A stretch of 63,157 bases of DNA, filler included, from Octopus bimaculoides (GCF_001194135.2; 9 parts of 9 records of this genome joined end to end with filler, not necessarily neighbours in it), one strand, 5' to 3'. Shown: positions 11,989 to 24,076, numbered from the whole stretch's first letter. Notes: generated by a model not told the origin, from the letters alone. Translations and numbers: made by a program.

Positions 11989-12379
11989 TGCGTATGTATA
12001 TATATATATTTATCTTTGTATAGCACTAATTATCCTAATAAACAGTTTCATACCACACTACATTCATTCAAACTGTTTCATTCGAAATCCTTTATTCCTG
12101 CTAATGTAATCTAAACACACCACAGACTCTCCTCGAGAATATTGATAATGCCAATATCACTTAACATTCAACATATTAGACGTGAGTTCATGATTGTACT
12201 TCGTTGTTGTCGGCTGTTGTTTTTGCTCATGTGGATTGTTCTCGTTCATTACAACAGGCGTCACAGACACATTTTGTGGGTCTGTACTTAGAGCTTAAAC
12301 CAGGAGCTGGTTTCCCACTTTTCTCTTCAGTTGAATAGAATAATCATTATCAAAAAAACAAATTGTAAGTAACAGCATC

Positions 12380-12790
12380 GGTAATAATCCTCTTGAGGTC
12401 GATTATATCGACTCCAGGACTTAAATGGTACTTATTTCATCGACCCCGAATGGATGAAAGGCAAAGTCGACCTCGGCAGAATCTGAACTCAGAACGTAAA
12501 ACCGGAAGAAATGCGCTGAACATTTTCTCAGCATACTAACAACCCTGCCAGCTCACCGCCTTGATTATAATAATAATCCTTTCTACTATAGGCACAAGCA
12601 CTGAAATTTTGGGGGAAGAGGTAAGTCGATTACATCAACCCCAGTTCACAACTGGTATTTACTTTATCGACCCCGAAAGGATGAAAGGCAAAATCGGCCA
12701 CGGCAGAATTTGAACTAAGAACGTGAAGACGAACGAAATGCCGCAAAGCATTTTGCTCGTCGTACTAACGATTCTCTCAGCTCGCTGCCT
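12380..12790 (-). mobile_element. Two family A SINEs, minus strand
   Basis: tcgaccccgaaaggatgaaaggcaaa...gaatttgaact..aacg..ctgccagctc, twice. Confidence 0.88.
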
Positions 12791-12974
12791 TATTAATAAT
12801 AATGATAATAACAACAATGATAATAAATGCTTTCTGTGTTATTAATGTCAGCAACAATAACGTCAACAACAACAACAACAGCAACATGTGTCGACAGTTT
12901 AATGAAAGAAAAACATTTTGCTAAGACATAAAAATGAAGAACAATCATTGACGTGTGTTTTTGCGTTATAGTAA

Positions 12975-13440
12975 GAAAGGAAAGCGGCGATCTGGCAAAA
13001 TCCTTAACACGCCGGTAAAAATGCTTAGCGGCATTTCGTCCATCTTTACGTTTTATGTTCAAATTCTGCCGAGGTCGACTTTGCCTTTCATCCTTTCGGA
13101 GTCGATAACATAATACCAGTTGAGTACTGGGGTCGATGTAATTGATCCTCCCCCCACTCCCACCGCATCGAATTTGTTGGCCCTGTGCCAATATTTTGAA
13201 ACCAATATATAGTAAGAAAGGAAGGCTGCGAGCTGGCATAATCGTTAGCAAGCCGGACAAAATGCTTGGTGGTTTTTCGTCCGTCTACATGTTCTGAGTT
13301 CAAATTCCGCCAAGGTCGACTGTACCTTTCATTCTTTTGGAGTCGATAAAATTAGTACCAGTTAAACAATGGGTCGATGTAATCGACTTAACCCCTTAAC
13401 CAAAATAGGTGGCCTTATGCCAAAATTTGAGACCAATATG
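12975..13440 (+). mobile_element. Two family A SINEs, plus strand
   Basis: A/B-box-like motifs and family A body, twice. Confidence 0.88.
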
Positions 13441-13599
13441 TAGTAATTTAGAAATTATTCCATATTTTAGCTTTGTTAAAGATACTATTGACTAATTTAA
13501 CTTCCATCATAAACCGACCACAGTTTTATTCGATTGGAAATTAATTTTCAGACAACAAATGCTAAGTCTATGAAAGATGCCCAATAGTTATTTCTCTAT

Positions 13600-13843
13600 C
13601 TTTTAGCTTTTATTTGTTTCACTCATTGGACTACGGTCATGCTGGGGCACTACCTTGAAGGGCCTTTGTTGAACAAAACGTTTCCAAAACTTGTTTTGAA
13701 TTCTGGAACTTATAATATCGATTTCTATTGGCCGAACCGCTAAGTTATGAAGACGTAAATAAACCAGCGTCGGTCTTCAAGCATACATGTGCATCTATGT
13801 GTGTGTGTATGTAGAGAGAGAGGGGGGAGGGAGAGAGAAACTG

Positions 13844-13895
<52 letters not shown>

Positions 13896-13950
13896 GTTGG
13901 ACTTCTGAACCGTTTCCGCGTACCAAATTCATTCTCAACACATTGGTCAT
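13600..13950 (-). mobile_element. Family B SINE, degenerate
   Basis: Tail atgctggggcac..., gccgaaccgctaagtta, internal (GATA)n. Confidence 0.65.
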
Positions 13951-14067
13951 CCTAACCAAGGTTCTGCGCATTGGAAACTGAAACTGAAATTACATAACTA
14001 ACTTCTTAGCCACCCAATCACGCCTGTAACTCTTCCCAATGCTTGTTTTGAGTTATTTAGGCCTGCG

Positions 14068-14117
<50 letters not shown>

Positions 14118-14165
14118 ATGCAATACGGTACATACATATATACATACATCTATTATTATTACTAT

Positions 14166-15447
14166 TACTAGCGGGACCCGTGAATATTTCACGGAATTAA
14201 TGGTGAACCACTTGAGTTACTTCTAAAAACATTATCCCAAAAACCTGAAAGTGTAGCCTGTGTTGTGTGTCTGTATGGAAAGACAGTCGCTCATCTGTTA
14301 CTCAGTGAGAAATGAAAGAGATTGGAATACGATGATTACTTAATGCACAGCTTGCTCACCAACCACATGGTTCCGGGTTCAGTCCCACTGCGTGGCACCT
14401 TGGGTAAGTGTCTTCTACTATAGCCTCGGGCCGACCAAAGCCTTGTGAGTGGATTTGGTAGACTGAAACTAAAAGAAGCCTGTCATATATATGTATATAT
14501 ATATATATGTATCTGTGTATGTGTGTCTGTGTCTGTCCCCCCCACCATCGCTTGACAACCGATGCTGGTGTGTTTACGTCCCCGTAACTTAGCGATTCGG
14601 CAAAAAGAGACCGATAGAATAAGTAATAGGCTTACAAAGAATAAGTCCTCGGGTTGATTTTCTTGACTAAAGGCGGTGCTCCAGCATGGCCGCAGACAAA
14701 TGACTGAAACAAGTAAAAGAGTAAGAGTACACTTTATGCACAATTTTATAGACTTAAGTTACTCACAAAATGAATATTCACTTCAATTTTTTCCATTTTT
14801 CCCATATGAACATGATACAACCTTCAGTTAAATTGCATATATCTGCCACATAAATAAGCGTGAATATTTCACGGAATTGCACTTTCGCGCATGCGTTAAG
14901 TGATAGGTAATATAAAAGAAAAACTTAGTTCAATTTAAAAAATACACTTCACCCTATCCAATCACCGCCGCCACCATCACCACCATCATCATCATTTATC
15001 TCCCTCCCCCTCTCTCTCTCTATCTTTCTTTAACCTCACCATTAGAACATTACTCCTCTACTAAAATTATATCTTTAACTCTCCTCCTCTATGTCATCAC
15101 TGCTTTCAACTAACTTTTTTCAGCCACGTAATAAATATTACGCTCCCCCTACCTCACGTCATGGACACTTCTCTCTCCGTCTTTTTCGTTCTCCCTTTTT
15201 CTGTCTCACTCTTCGCCTTGTCTTCTTTTTCTCCTTTTTCTTTCTTCTCTCTTTCCCTTCAATCAATCACGTGAAAACGTTACAATTACATTCCCTCTAC
15301 CTCACCTCGTGGGCGCTTCTCTCTCCCTCCTTTCTGTCTCTCTCCTTTTCTCTCTCCTTCTTTTCTTTCTCCATTGTTTTCTCTAATCACGTGAAAGCAT
15401 TACCGACGGGCTAAATAACGGAACGACAAACTGAATTATTATAAGAT
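14166..15447 (+). mobile_element. Helitron/Helentron-type non-autonomous element (putative), hosting a SINE
   Basis: Starts tACTAGC, ends ttattataAGAT, with repeated palindrome cgtgaatatttcacg and pyrimidine-rich internal repeats; same terminal pattern as 40284-40640. Confidence 0.4.
14349..14727 (+). mobile_element. tRNA-derived CORE-type SINE (family B), near full length
   Basis: B-box GGGTTCAGTCCC; CORE-like gcaccttgggtaagtgtcttctactatagc; internal microsatellite; tail ggcggtgctccagcatggccgca..tgactgaaacaagtaaaaga. Confidence 0.92.
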
Positions 15448-15449
15448 CC

Positions 15450-15765
15450 ATAGGCGGCGAGCTGGCAGAATCGTTAGCACGCCGGGCGAACTGCTTAGCG
15501 GTATTTCGTCTGCCGTTACGTTCTGAGTTCTAATTCCGCCGAGGTCGACTTTGCTTTTCATCCTTTCGGGGTCGATAAATTAAGTACCAGTTACGCACTG
15601 GGGTCGATGTAATCGACTTAATCCCTTTGTCTGTCCTTGTTTGTCCCGTCTATGTTTAGCACCATTGTGGGCAATAAAGAAATAAGAAACGTTAGCACAC
15701 CGGGCGAAATGCTTAGCGTTATTTCGTCCGTCTTTACTTTCTGAGTTCAAATTCTGCCGAATTTG
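15450..15765 (+). mobile_element. Dimeric family A SINE
   Basis: Full monomer followed by a second monomer starting at aaacgttagcac. Confidence 0.9.
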
Positions 15766-15772
15766 GTTCCGT

Positions 15773-16154
15773 TGTTAATGGATAAAGTCTTGCGTTGGTT
15801 AATATTTTTTTCAATGATTTCGCTTGCATTTTGCTCTTGATAATTTTGTGTGAACCTAAAATTTTGTTCCTTGTTTTATCTCCTGTGAGAATGGGTAGAT
15901 TTTAGATGGTAATGTTGAAGGCTTCGTTGTTTCTAGGGTCATGTGTGGAGATGTATGGGAGTATTTTTAAGCGTGGTGTAGGATTTCGGTTGACTTCTCT
16001 TTAATGTTCGTATGTCTATTTCCTTTGCTCGTTTAACCCCATCATTTATTAATGATGTTGAGTAATGTCTCTTGATTAGCATTGATCTAAGTTCAAGGAG
16101 TCTTCGTTCACGAGTATTGGTGTCCGAAACTATGGTACAGATTCTTTTCGCTAG
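15773..16154 (-). mobile_element. Penelope-like element, RT thumb/linker fragment (different family from 35015-36330)
   Basis: LAKRICTIVSDTNTRERRLLELRSMLIKRHYSTSLINDGVKRAKEID, then after a frameshift LPYISTHDPRNNEAFNI; cut by an assembly gap. Confidence 0.7.
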
Positions 16155-16286
16155 NNNNNNNNNNNNNNNNNNNNNNNNNNNNNNNNNNNNNNNNNNNNTT
16201 AATTAATTAANNNNNNNNNNNNNNNNNNNNNNNNNNNNNNNNNNNNNNNNNNNNTTAAAGCATTCAGTATACATGTTTTCCTACGC

Positions 16287-16534
16287 CAGGGATTTTCAAA
16301 CTGTGGACAGCAAATACTTTTTATGGGCAATTTGATTTTATATGTTTTTTAATCGAAATCTTTTAATTGACAATAAACCTATTTGTTAAATACTGTTAAA
16401 TAAATAAATGTAAAAATATATGTTACTTTAAGCAAATATTTATGTATAAATTTCGTAAGCGTTTATAAGGGGGTCCCTAAGGTAAAGCCTGAAATATAAA
16501 GGGGTCCGCAAGTCAAAAAGTTTGAAAACCCCTG
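16287..16534. mobile_element. hAT-Charlie-type MITE with perfect 8-bp TSD
   Basis: TIRs CAGGGATTTTCAAACT / AGTTTGAAAACCCCTG; TSD TCCTACGC at 16279-16286 and 16535-16542, with a central TA. Confidence 0.92.
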
Positions 16535-17070
16535 TCCTACGCAACCGGGAAAATGCATCAGTTGCACAATGTGGTTAGTATACCTTCAGCGTCGATCATA
16601 TTATGTTAGCAATAAGGTTTTTTAAAAAATGTCACCCAAGGCTGGGATCTCAGTTCATAACCACATTACATCATACCTCTTGTTCTAATCCCAACTGATC
16701 ATGATTTATTGAAGACTATTTCGAAACAAATCTTGGAAGAAAAAGATCTCATAATCTTCAAACGGCACCAGGCCAAATTTTTCTAAGAAATACCAGGTAA
16801 CCACCGATGGTTGGATATGATTCACCCAACAACTCTCGACACTTGTCGCCTACGGAATCTCAAAACACGACTTCAAAGCCTTTACCAGGTGGTGCTATTA
16901 TGTTAGACATGACCTGCGCTAATACTAGCTGAAACTTATTTTAGTTACGTATTGTTTATTTTTTTCATTTGTTTCCACAATTTCCACAGTTTCCACCTAC
17001 CTAATTCGCTCTCAAGGCATTGATCTGCCTGGAATAATAGTAGAAGACTCGGTGAGACGGAAGCCGAAAC

Positions 17071-17137
<67 letters not shown>

Positions 17138-17688
17138 TGAGAGGGCAGTCCTTGCCATCAAAGTGACACTGGGGTAAAATATACGAAGCCCATTATACCT
17201 ACCATGACTACCCGTCTGATAAGGGTACACCAGGCACATGCATCACAACCATATGTGCGCGACATGATGATCTCATATCAAGATAAACAGCGCATGACCT
17301 CGCAGGTGGGGCCCAGTTAGAATTTTCTTCAGGTCAAGTAGCCCATCCCGCTCAAATGGTCCCTGTATAAGGTTTATTTAAGGATGTTGAGCAAAATACC
17401 CATGTTTCCAAAGGTGAATTATTCAAACCCCAAAGAATTCCTCTCAACACATGGCTATGATGCTCCCTCACTACTTCTGCTCATGATCAGAGATGAACAT
17501 ATCGTCAGCAACTAAGAGATATGCTCAACTGGTTAAGGTCAAACAACTGACAAGCAAATCTGTGGTATTAAGCAGAATATTTGCTGTAGCCCATCTTTTT
17601 ATACCAAGACAAAAATGTACATGATAACACTTCCAATCGATTAAGATCAGAAGCCATGAGGGCCACTGCTTGGTACTGCATCCGGGCA
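17138..17688. mobile_element. Second full copy of the ~550-bp TG...CA (ATT)n-flanked element
   Basis: Collinear with 11248-11804; (ATT)n on both flanks. Confidence 0.88.
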
Positions 17689-17702
17689 TTATTATTATTA
17701 TT

Positions 17703-18110
17703 AAGGTGGCAAATCGTTAACACACCGGGAAATTGCTTAGTGGCATTTCGTCCGTCTTTACATTCTGAGTTCAAATTCCGCCGAAATCTACGTTGCCTTT
17801 TATCCTCTCGGGGTCGATAAAATAAGTATTAGCTGAACACTAAGTTCAACGTAATCGACTAGCCTCACCCCACAAAAATTTCAGGCCTTGTGCCTATAAT
17901 AAAAAGGCTTATTATCATTATTGTTCTAGAGACTGAGGCCGGTGGATTGTCAGAATCTGTAGAGCATCGGACAAATAGGTATGGTGGCTTTCTTCCGGCA
18001 CTTCACTTTCTGAGTTCAAATCTCACGGATGTCAATTTTGCTTTCTAGTTTTTTGACATCGATAAAACAAAGTACCAATCAAGTAGTAGGTAGTTGATGT
18101 AATCGATTGA
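17703..18110 (+). mobile_element. Two family A SINEs (degenerate)
   Basis: B-box-like gagttcaaat and family A body. Confidence 0.75.
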
Positions 18111-18312
18111 AGTCTGTCCTCAAAGTTGGTGACCCTCTGAATAGATTAGGAATAAGTATTTTTTGAGGTCGTTGGGTGGCAGACGACATTTTTTGAGGAC
18201 GTTGAGTGACAGACGACATCGTACTTATACATACATACACGTACATATATATATATACGTGTATATATACGTGTGTGTGTATGCGCATATTTACCTCTCT
18301 CTCTCACTCTCT

Positions 18313-18350
<38 letters not shown>

Positions 18351-18959
18351 ATTTATCTATCTACCTACCTGTTTGTTTTTATACACCTGTACACACACAT
18401 ACAGATATATCTGTGTATATATATTTATATGTGTGCATATACATACGTACATATATGTGTGTGTGCATATATATGTGTGTGTGTTTGTATTTACATACGC
18501 TTAGGTATTATACACACACGCATATATATATATATATATATATANNNNNNNNNNNNNNNNNNNNNNNNNNNNNNNNNNNNNNNNNNNNNNNNNNNNNNNN
18601 NNNNNNNNNNNNNNNNNNNNNNNNNNNNNNNNNNNNNATATGTATATATATCTATATATATATATATATATGTTTACATATATGTATATATATGTGTGTG
18701 TATATATATGTATATATATATTTATGTACACACATACACATACTGTATATATTATATGCACACTCACACACAAGCATACATAAAGTTGATTTATTCATAT
18801 TGTTATTTTTGAAATTTTTCTAGTTTAATTTTATCTCACATAAAACCTGATCAAGCAGATCAATGATGAGATCTATCCAATCATGGCCATCCCCATTGTA
18901 TATGTATGTATGATCTAAGGATACATTATCCATACATACTTTTCAAGAAACTAGAGTGC

Positions 18960-19400
18960 AGTTTAAGGGAGGTTTAGTTGCTATTTCTAGCAAATAGAAC
19001 GACCATGTACCGCCTTCCCTGCTGACTTGAAATTATTGTTCCTGTTTCTGCTGTTGTCGCTGTTGTTGTTGTTATATGTATATTGTTAATGTTGCTGTCA
19101 TCGATGCAGTTGCTGTTGGTTTAACCGCTGCTGCTGCGTTATCTGCAGGCGATGCGGATGCAGCGCTTGTTGTTGGCGATGCTGTTGTTGCTTGTCTGTT
19201 AGCACAGAAAGCATGTGATGCCTTCAGAATCATGTGATAGTCCAAGGAATCATGTGATGGACCAGAAATCATGTGATAGCCAAACCTTCTATAAAACAAT
19301 AGGATCACGTGATCTGATTCCATGGTGACTAAGAATGGCATCTCCAGGCGACACATGTATAACTAGAATTGTCTGTGTGCTCGTTCCAGCATGTGTGAGG
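18960..19400. repeat. Dispersed repeat carrying four CATGTG units (paralog at 32270-32660)
   Basis: Shared blocks gctatttctag, gcaggcgatgcggatgca, (aatcatgtgat)x4 and attccatggtgac. Confidence 0.75.
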
Positions 19401-19420
19401 CAGTGAGCAGATATACATGC

Positions 19421-19453
<33 letters not shown>

Positions 19454-19458
<5 letters not shown>

Positions 19459-19681
19459 TGTTTCAATCATTAGATTATGCTAATGCTGGGGCATGACTAG
19501 AAGAGACTTGGTCGAACGAATCAACACTCGTACTTATTTTTATAAAGCTTGATACTTACTCTATCCGTCTCTTTTGCCGAGCCGCTAAGTTATGGGGGAC
19601 TTAAACACACCAACACCGGCGATTGGGACAAACACACATGCAAAACATGCACACATACAAACACACACTTACACACAGACA

Positions 19682-19720
<39 letters not shown>

Positions 19721-19860
19721 GACGTGCTTCTTTCAGTTTCCGTCTCCCAAATTCACTCACAAGACTTTGGTCGGCCCCACGCTTTTGAAGAAGACACTTG
19801 CCCAAGTTGCCACGCAGTAGAACTGAACCCAGTTCCACGTGGTTGGGCAGCAAACGTCTT
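19454..19860 (-). mobile_element. Family B SINE
   Basis: Reverse complement of the family B head, CORE and tail. Confidence 0.85.
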
Positions 19861-19914
19861 ATCACCCCCTATATATGTGGTGGAAAATTTCATATAAATT
19901 TTCATATAATTTTC

Positions 19915-20240
19915 ATATAATGGACGACGCACGAGCTCAAAAGATGGACCGTTATGTAAACCTCCTCGAGAAATGTGAAGACGTAGGCTGGAAAGCGGAG
20001 CATTTTCCAATCGAAGTCGGATGTAGAGGATTTATAGGACACAGTGTGAGACGACTGCTGTTATCGTTAGGCCTAACTCATCGTAAGGTAAATACCACCA
20101 TGACCGATATCCAAAATACAGTGGAGAAGGCTAGCCACTGGATTTGGTTAAAAAGAGACGATGAGCGATGGCTAGAGAAATATAGAGCTTTGTTTTAATA
20201 ATCAGTTGATCTAGCAAGCGGGGCCTCATATCAGTGAGGN
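19915..20240 (+). mobile_element. HERO-like (R2-group) non-LTR retrotransposon, 3' fragment with restriction-like endonuclease C-terminus
   Basis: DDARAQKMDRYVNLLEKCEDVGWKAEHFPIEVGCRGF...S..LLLSLG...VEKASHWIWLKRDDERW; stop at 20198. Confidence 0.8.
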
Positions 20241-21382
20241 NNNNNNNNNNNNNNNNNNNNNNNNNNNNNNNNNNNNNNNNNNNNNNNNNNNNNNNNNNNN
20301 NNNNNNNNNNNNNNNNNNNNNNNNNNNNNNNNNNNNNNNNNNNNNNNNNNNNNNNNGAGGCCGTCGAGAGGTAGGCCCCGAAACGGCGCGCATTCTCTCC
20401 TGATGACCCCATACACCTGCTGGCTTCCGGTATGCGGAGTTCTTGACTGGTAGCACTTGCATGTGCGAGTTGTTTGCAAGACATATTTTTCCAAGGTTCT
20501 TTAAACAAGTTTATCTGTTATAGAATTGCTTGTCTTACCCTTTTAGAACACTTAATCTTTGGTTTTCAGTCAATAGAAAAAGGTGTACCCCTTTTCGGAT
20601 GAAATCTGAATTTAATTGTGGGTTCATTGTTGAATAGTTTTATCATGACCCCCTTAACAGTATGCTAGGATGAAGCATTGAGGTTTCTATTTTATATAGA
20701 AGTAACCCCACTTCTTTGGAGGGCTTAGATTGTTTTATCTATCCTTCTTCTCTTACTTGGTCCTTAAATTCCTTTCTAAATTTTATTATTTAATATACAA
20801 AATATAATAGTATATAAATATTGCTAAATTTGGATATACATTTTCTCCTTGTACCCTTAATACCCACTTAGATCTCATTGTGACCTTCTTTATTTTCTAT
20901 TTTAGAGCTCTTTTAATTGATAATCATAATATATTTTAAGTCACCCCTGCCCTTCCTCTTTCTGGTTATCACCCATATACCATTATCTTGTTAGCATCTT
21001 CTGAGGCATGTTCTCTTATGTAGACATTGCGAATTTATAGCCACAGTAAAATAAGGATAGGGAAGAGTATCTGACATTAATCAATTTATCACCAGCAGCA
21101 ACTGTCAATTCCCAATGGCTTTTAATTCTAAGGGGACGTAGAAGGATCTTTTTTAAAACGGGGGCCACATTTTTCATTAACGAAACACTTTGAAACTTGG
21201 AACACTGGTAGAATGTGTCATATAAAACATCTTTTTCTCTTAGTCTTCTTAAAAAAAAAAGAAATCCATAAGTTATTCCATGTTAAAGTTGTCGTATTTC
21301 TGTAATTTCAACCAATCACTGACGTCCATTCAGCCGATATACATTACGTGCCGACTACATAAACAAACGATTCTGAAACAAT

Positions 21383-21413
21383 TAACCCTAACCCTAACCC
21401 TAACCCTAACCCT
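21383..21413 (-). repeat. (TTAGGG)n telomere-type repeat, interstitial, running into a gap
   Basis: (TAACCC)x5 read directly. Confidence 0.9.
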
Positions 21414-22825
21414 NNNNNNNNNNNNNNNNNNNNNNNNNNNNNNNNNNNNNNNNNNNNNNNNNNNNNNNNNNNNNNNNNNNNNNNNNNNNNNNNNNNNNNN
21501 NNNNNNNNNNNNNNNNNNNNNNNNNNNNNNNNNNNNNNNNNNNNNNNNNNNNNNNNNNNNNNNNNNNNNNNNNNNNNNNNNNNNNNNNNNNNNNNNNNNN
21601 NNNNNNNNNNNNNNNNNNNNNNNNNNNNNNNNNNNNNNNNNNNNNNNNNNNNNNNNNNNNNNNNNNNNNNNNNNNNNNNNNNNNNNNNNNNNNNNNNNNN
21701 NNNNNNNNNNNNNNNNNNNNNNNNNNNNNNNNNNNNNNNNNNNNNNNNNNNNNNNNNNNNNNNNNNNNNNNNNNNNNNNNNNNNNNNNNNNNNNNNNNNN
21801 NNNNNNNNNNNNNNNNNNNNNNNNNNNNNNNNNNNNNNNNNNNNNNNNNNNNNNNNNNNNNNNNNNNNNNNNNNNNNNNNNNNNNNNNNNNNNNNNNNNN
21901 NNNNNNNNNNNNNNNNNNNNNNNNNNNNNNNNNNNNNNNNNNNNNNNNNNNNNNNNNNNNNNNNNNNNNNNNNNNNNNNNNNNNNNNNNNNNNNNNNNNN
22001 NNNNNNNNNNNNNNNNNNNNNNNNNNNNNNNNNNNNNNNNNNNNNNNNNNNNNNNNNNNNNNNNNNNNNNNNNNNNNNNNNNNNNNNNNNNNNNNNNNNN
22101 NNNNNNNNNNNNNNNNNNNNNNNNNNNNNNNNNNNNNNNNNNNNNNNNNNNNNNNNNNNNNNNNNNNNNNNNNNNNNNNNNNNNNNNNNNNNNNNNNNNN
22201 NNNNNNNNNNNNNNTGTAACCAGCAGTCAGTGGCAAGAACGGTGGTGAAGCAGAGAGGTGAGCAGACAGTGAAATATAAAGAATAGTTGAAAGACTTTTA
22301 GAGAAAGAAATAGCGTGACGAAAATTGAAGTAGAAAGGAAAAAGGATTCTACAGTAGAAAAGGGGGGATTAAACAAGTGTTGTGATAAAATGAAAAATAT
22401 GTAAAAAGTCAGAGTCAGTATTGAGAGAGATAAAAGAGAGAGAATATAAGTATTATAAAAAGAAGTTGAGCAGGTAAAGAGATAGTCGAGGAATCGTTAG
22501 AGTGAGCGGGAGAGAGAGAAATAACCCACACCCAGCCAACAAGTGGTATAGGAAGTCAATCATTCAAATAGCGTAGTGCTGGAGATGGAAGAAAGTGTAC
22601 CATGGGAAGATATATACGCGACTAAGTGAGTGAATGTCGAAAAGAAAGCAAGACAGCTCTATAAAGAGAGACGAAATTGGAGAGGCAACGTGATAAAATA
22701 ATGAAGACAAAGAGAATGTTAAGGATAGCAACAGAAAACGAGAGAGAGAGGAGGAGCGACAGAGAGAGCGGAGAGAGTGGGAGAGAGGGAAAAGAGAGAG
22801 AGAGGGAAAAGAGAGAGAGAGGGAT

Positions 22826-22904
<79 letters not shown>

Positions 22905-22998
22905 TATGGTATCGAAATATGTACGGGCAGGAAGGAGTTTGGAAATAGACCAAATTGGAATGAATATATATATATAATAGTATACATGCAAACACTCA

Positions 22999-23064
<66 letters not shown>

Positions 23065-23513
23065 AAACGTATATATAACTGTTTTTAGATTTGTAATTTA
23101 TCTGTTCATCTCGTAAACAATTTTCACGTATTAAATAAAGTTCTCAGTACTTCAGCAGGTAGAGTGAAATTGTGTTTGTATATTAATGACTGGTTTGGAG
23201 TTATAATTTCATAAGTATAACACAGGACTAAAGAGAACAACATTCACAAAAATATCGAAGTGAAGTTCCACCTTATTTTTTTCTGTTTTTTCAAACGCTT
23301 TTCAAGCAATTATTGCTTCTACACCCATCTAACTACGTCAAGTCGATGAGATCAAATGATTCAGGTGGGGATTGTGAGGATGCTATTGCGTAAATGCGCA
23401 CTTAAAACTAGTTCCCATACAAATCGTGATTTTGCATGCCTCTTGGAACTGAGAAGCTGATGCGTGCCTCTCGGAACTGTGATCAGGTGGCGAACATTTT
23501 GTTGCTCTCTTCG

Positions 23514-23713
23514 TTTAATTTTGACTCTATATCTTCAGGAGGAGTTACCTCAGTCCTTTCTATATTAACCAAAATGAAGTAGATTGACAAATTTATTTTT
23601 TGAACCAGTTGAAGACACACAAGATGTCGAAATATCGTTCACTAGATAACAATGGCACTCTTCTTTTAATTTTGACTCTATATCTTCAGGAGGAGTTACC
23701 TCAATCCTTTCTA
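23514..23713 (+). mobile_element. 150-bp unit with ~50-bp terminal redundancy containing a hammerhead fold (retrozyme-like)
   Basis: ttgactctatatcttcaggaggagttacctcaRtcctttctata starts at both 23521 and 23671. Confidence 0.7.
23601..23641 (+). ncRNA. Minimal type I hammerhead ribozyme fold with variant core
   Basis: Helix I TGAAC/GTTCA; core CAGTTGA plus A; stem II GACA/TGTC; GAAA; loopless helix III T-A; cleavage triplet ATC. Confidence 0.6.
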
Positions 23714-24025
23714 TAATAATAATAATAATAATAATAATAATGTGCACACACACACACACACACATGTATATATGTATATGTATGTGTGTATGCATATGTG
23801 TGTGAATATGTGTGTGTATGTATGTGTGATTTTGTAGGTACCGTATTTGACGCACGGGCATATTAAAATGCAATCCAATTTCAACCTCGCTTATTAAGGT
23901 ATAAAATGTAACTGCATTAAAGCATAAAATGTTCAAAGCAATTTCATTTATAGGAACTTGGGATTAATTTTTTCGAGACATCTTTTTGGAAAGAAAGGGC
24001 GTCTTATGTCAACAGATACAATACT

Positions 24026-24076
<51 letters not shown>

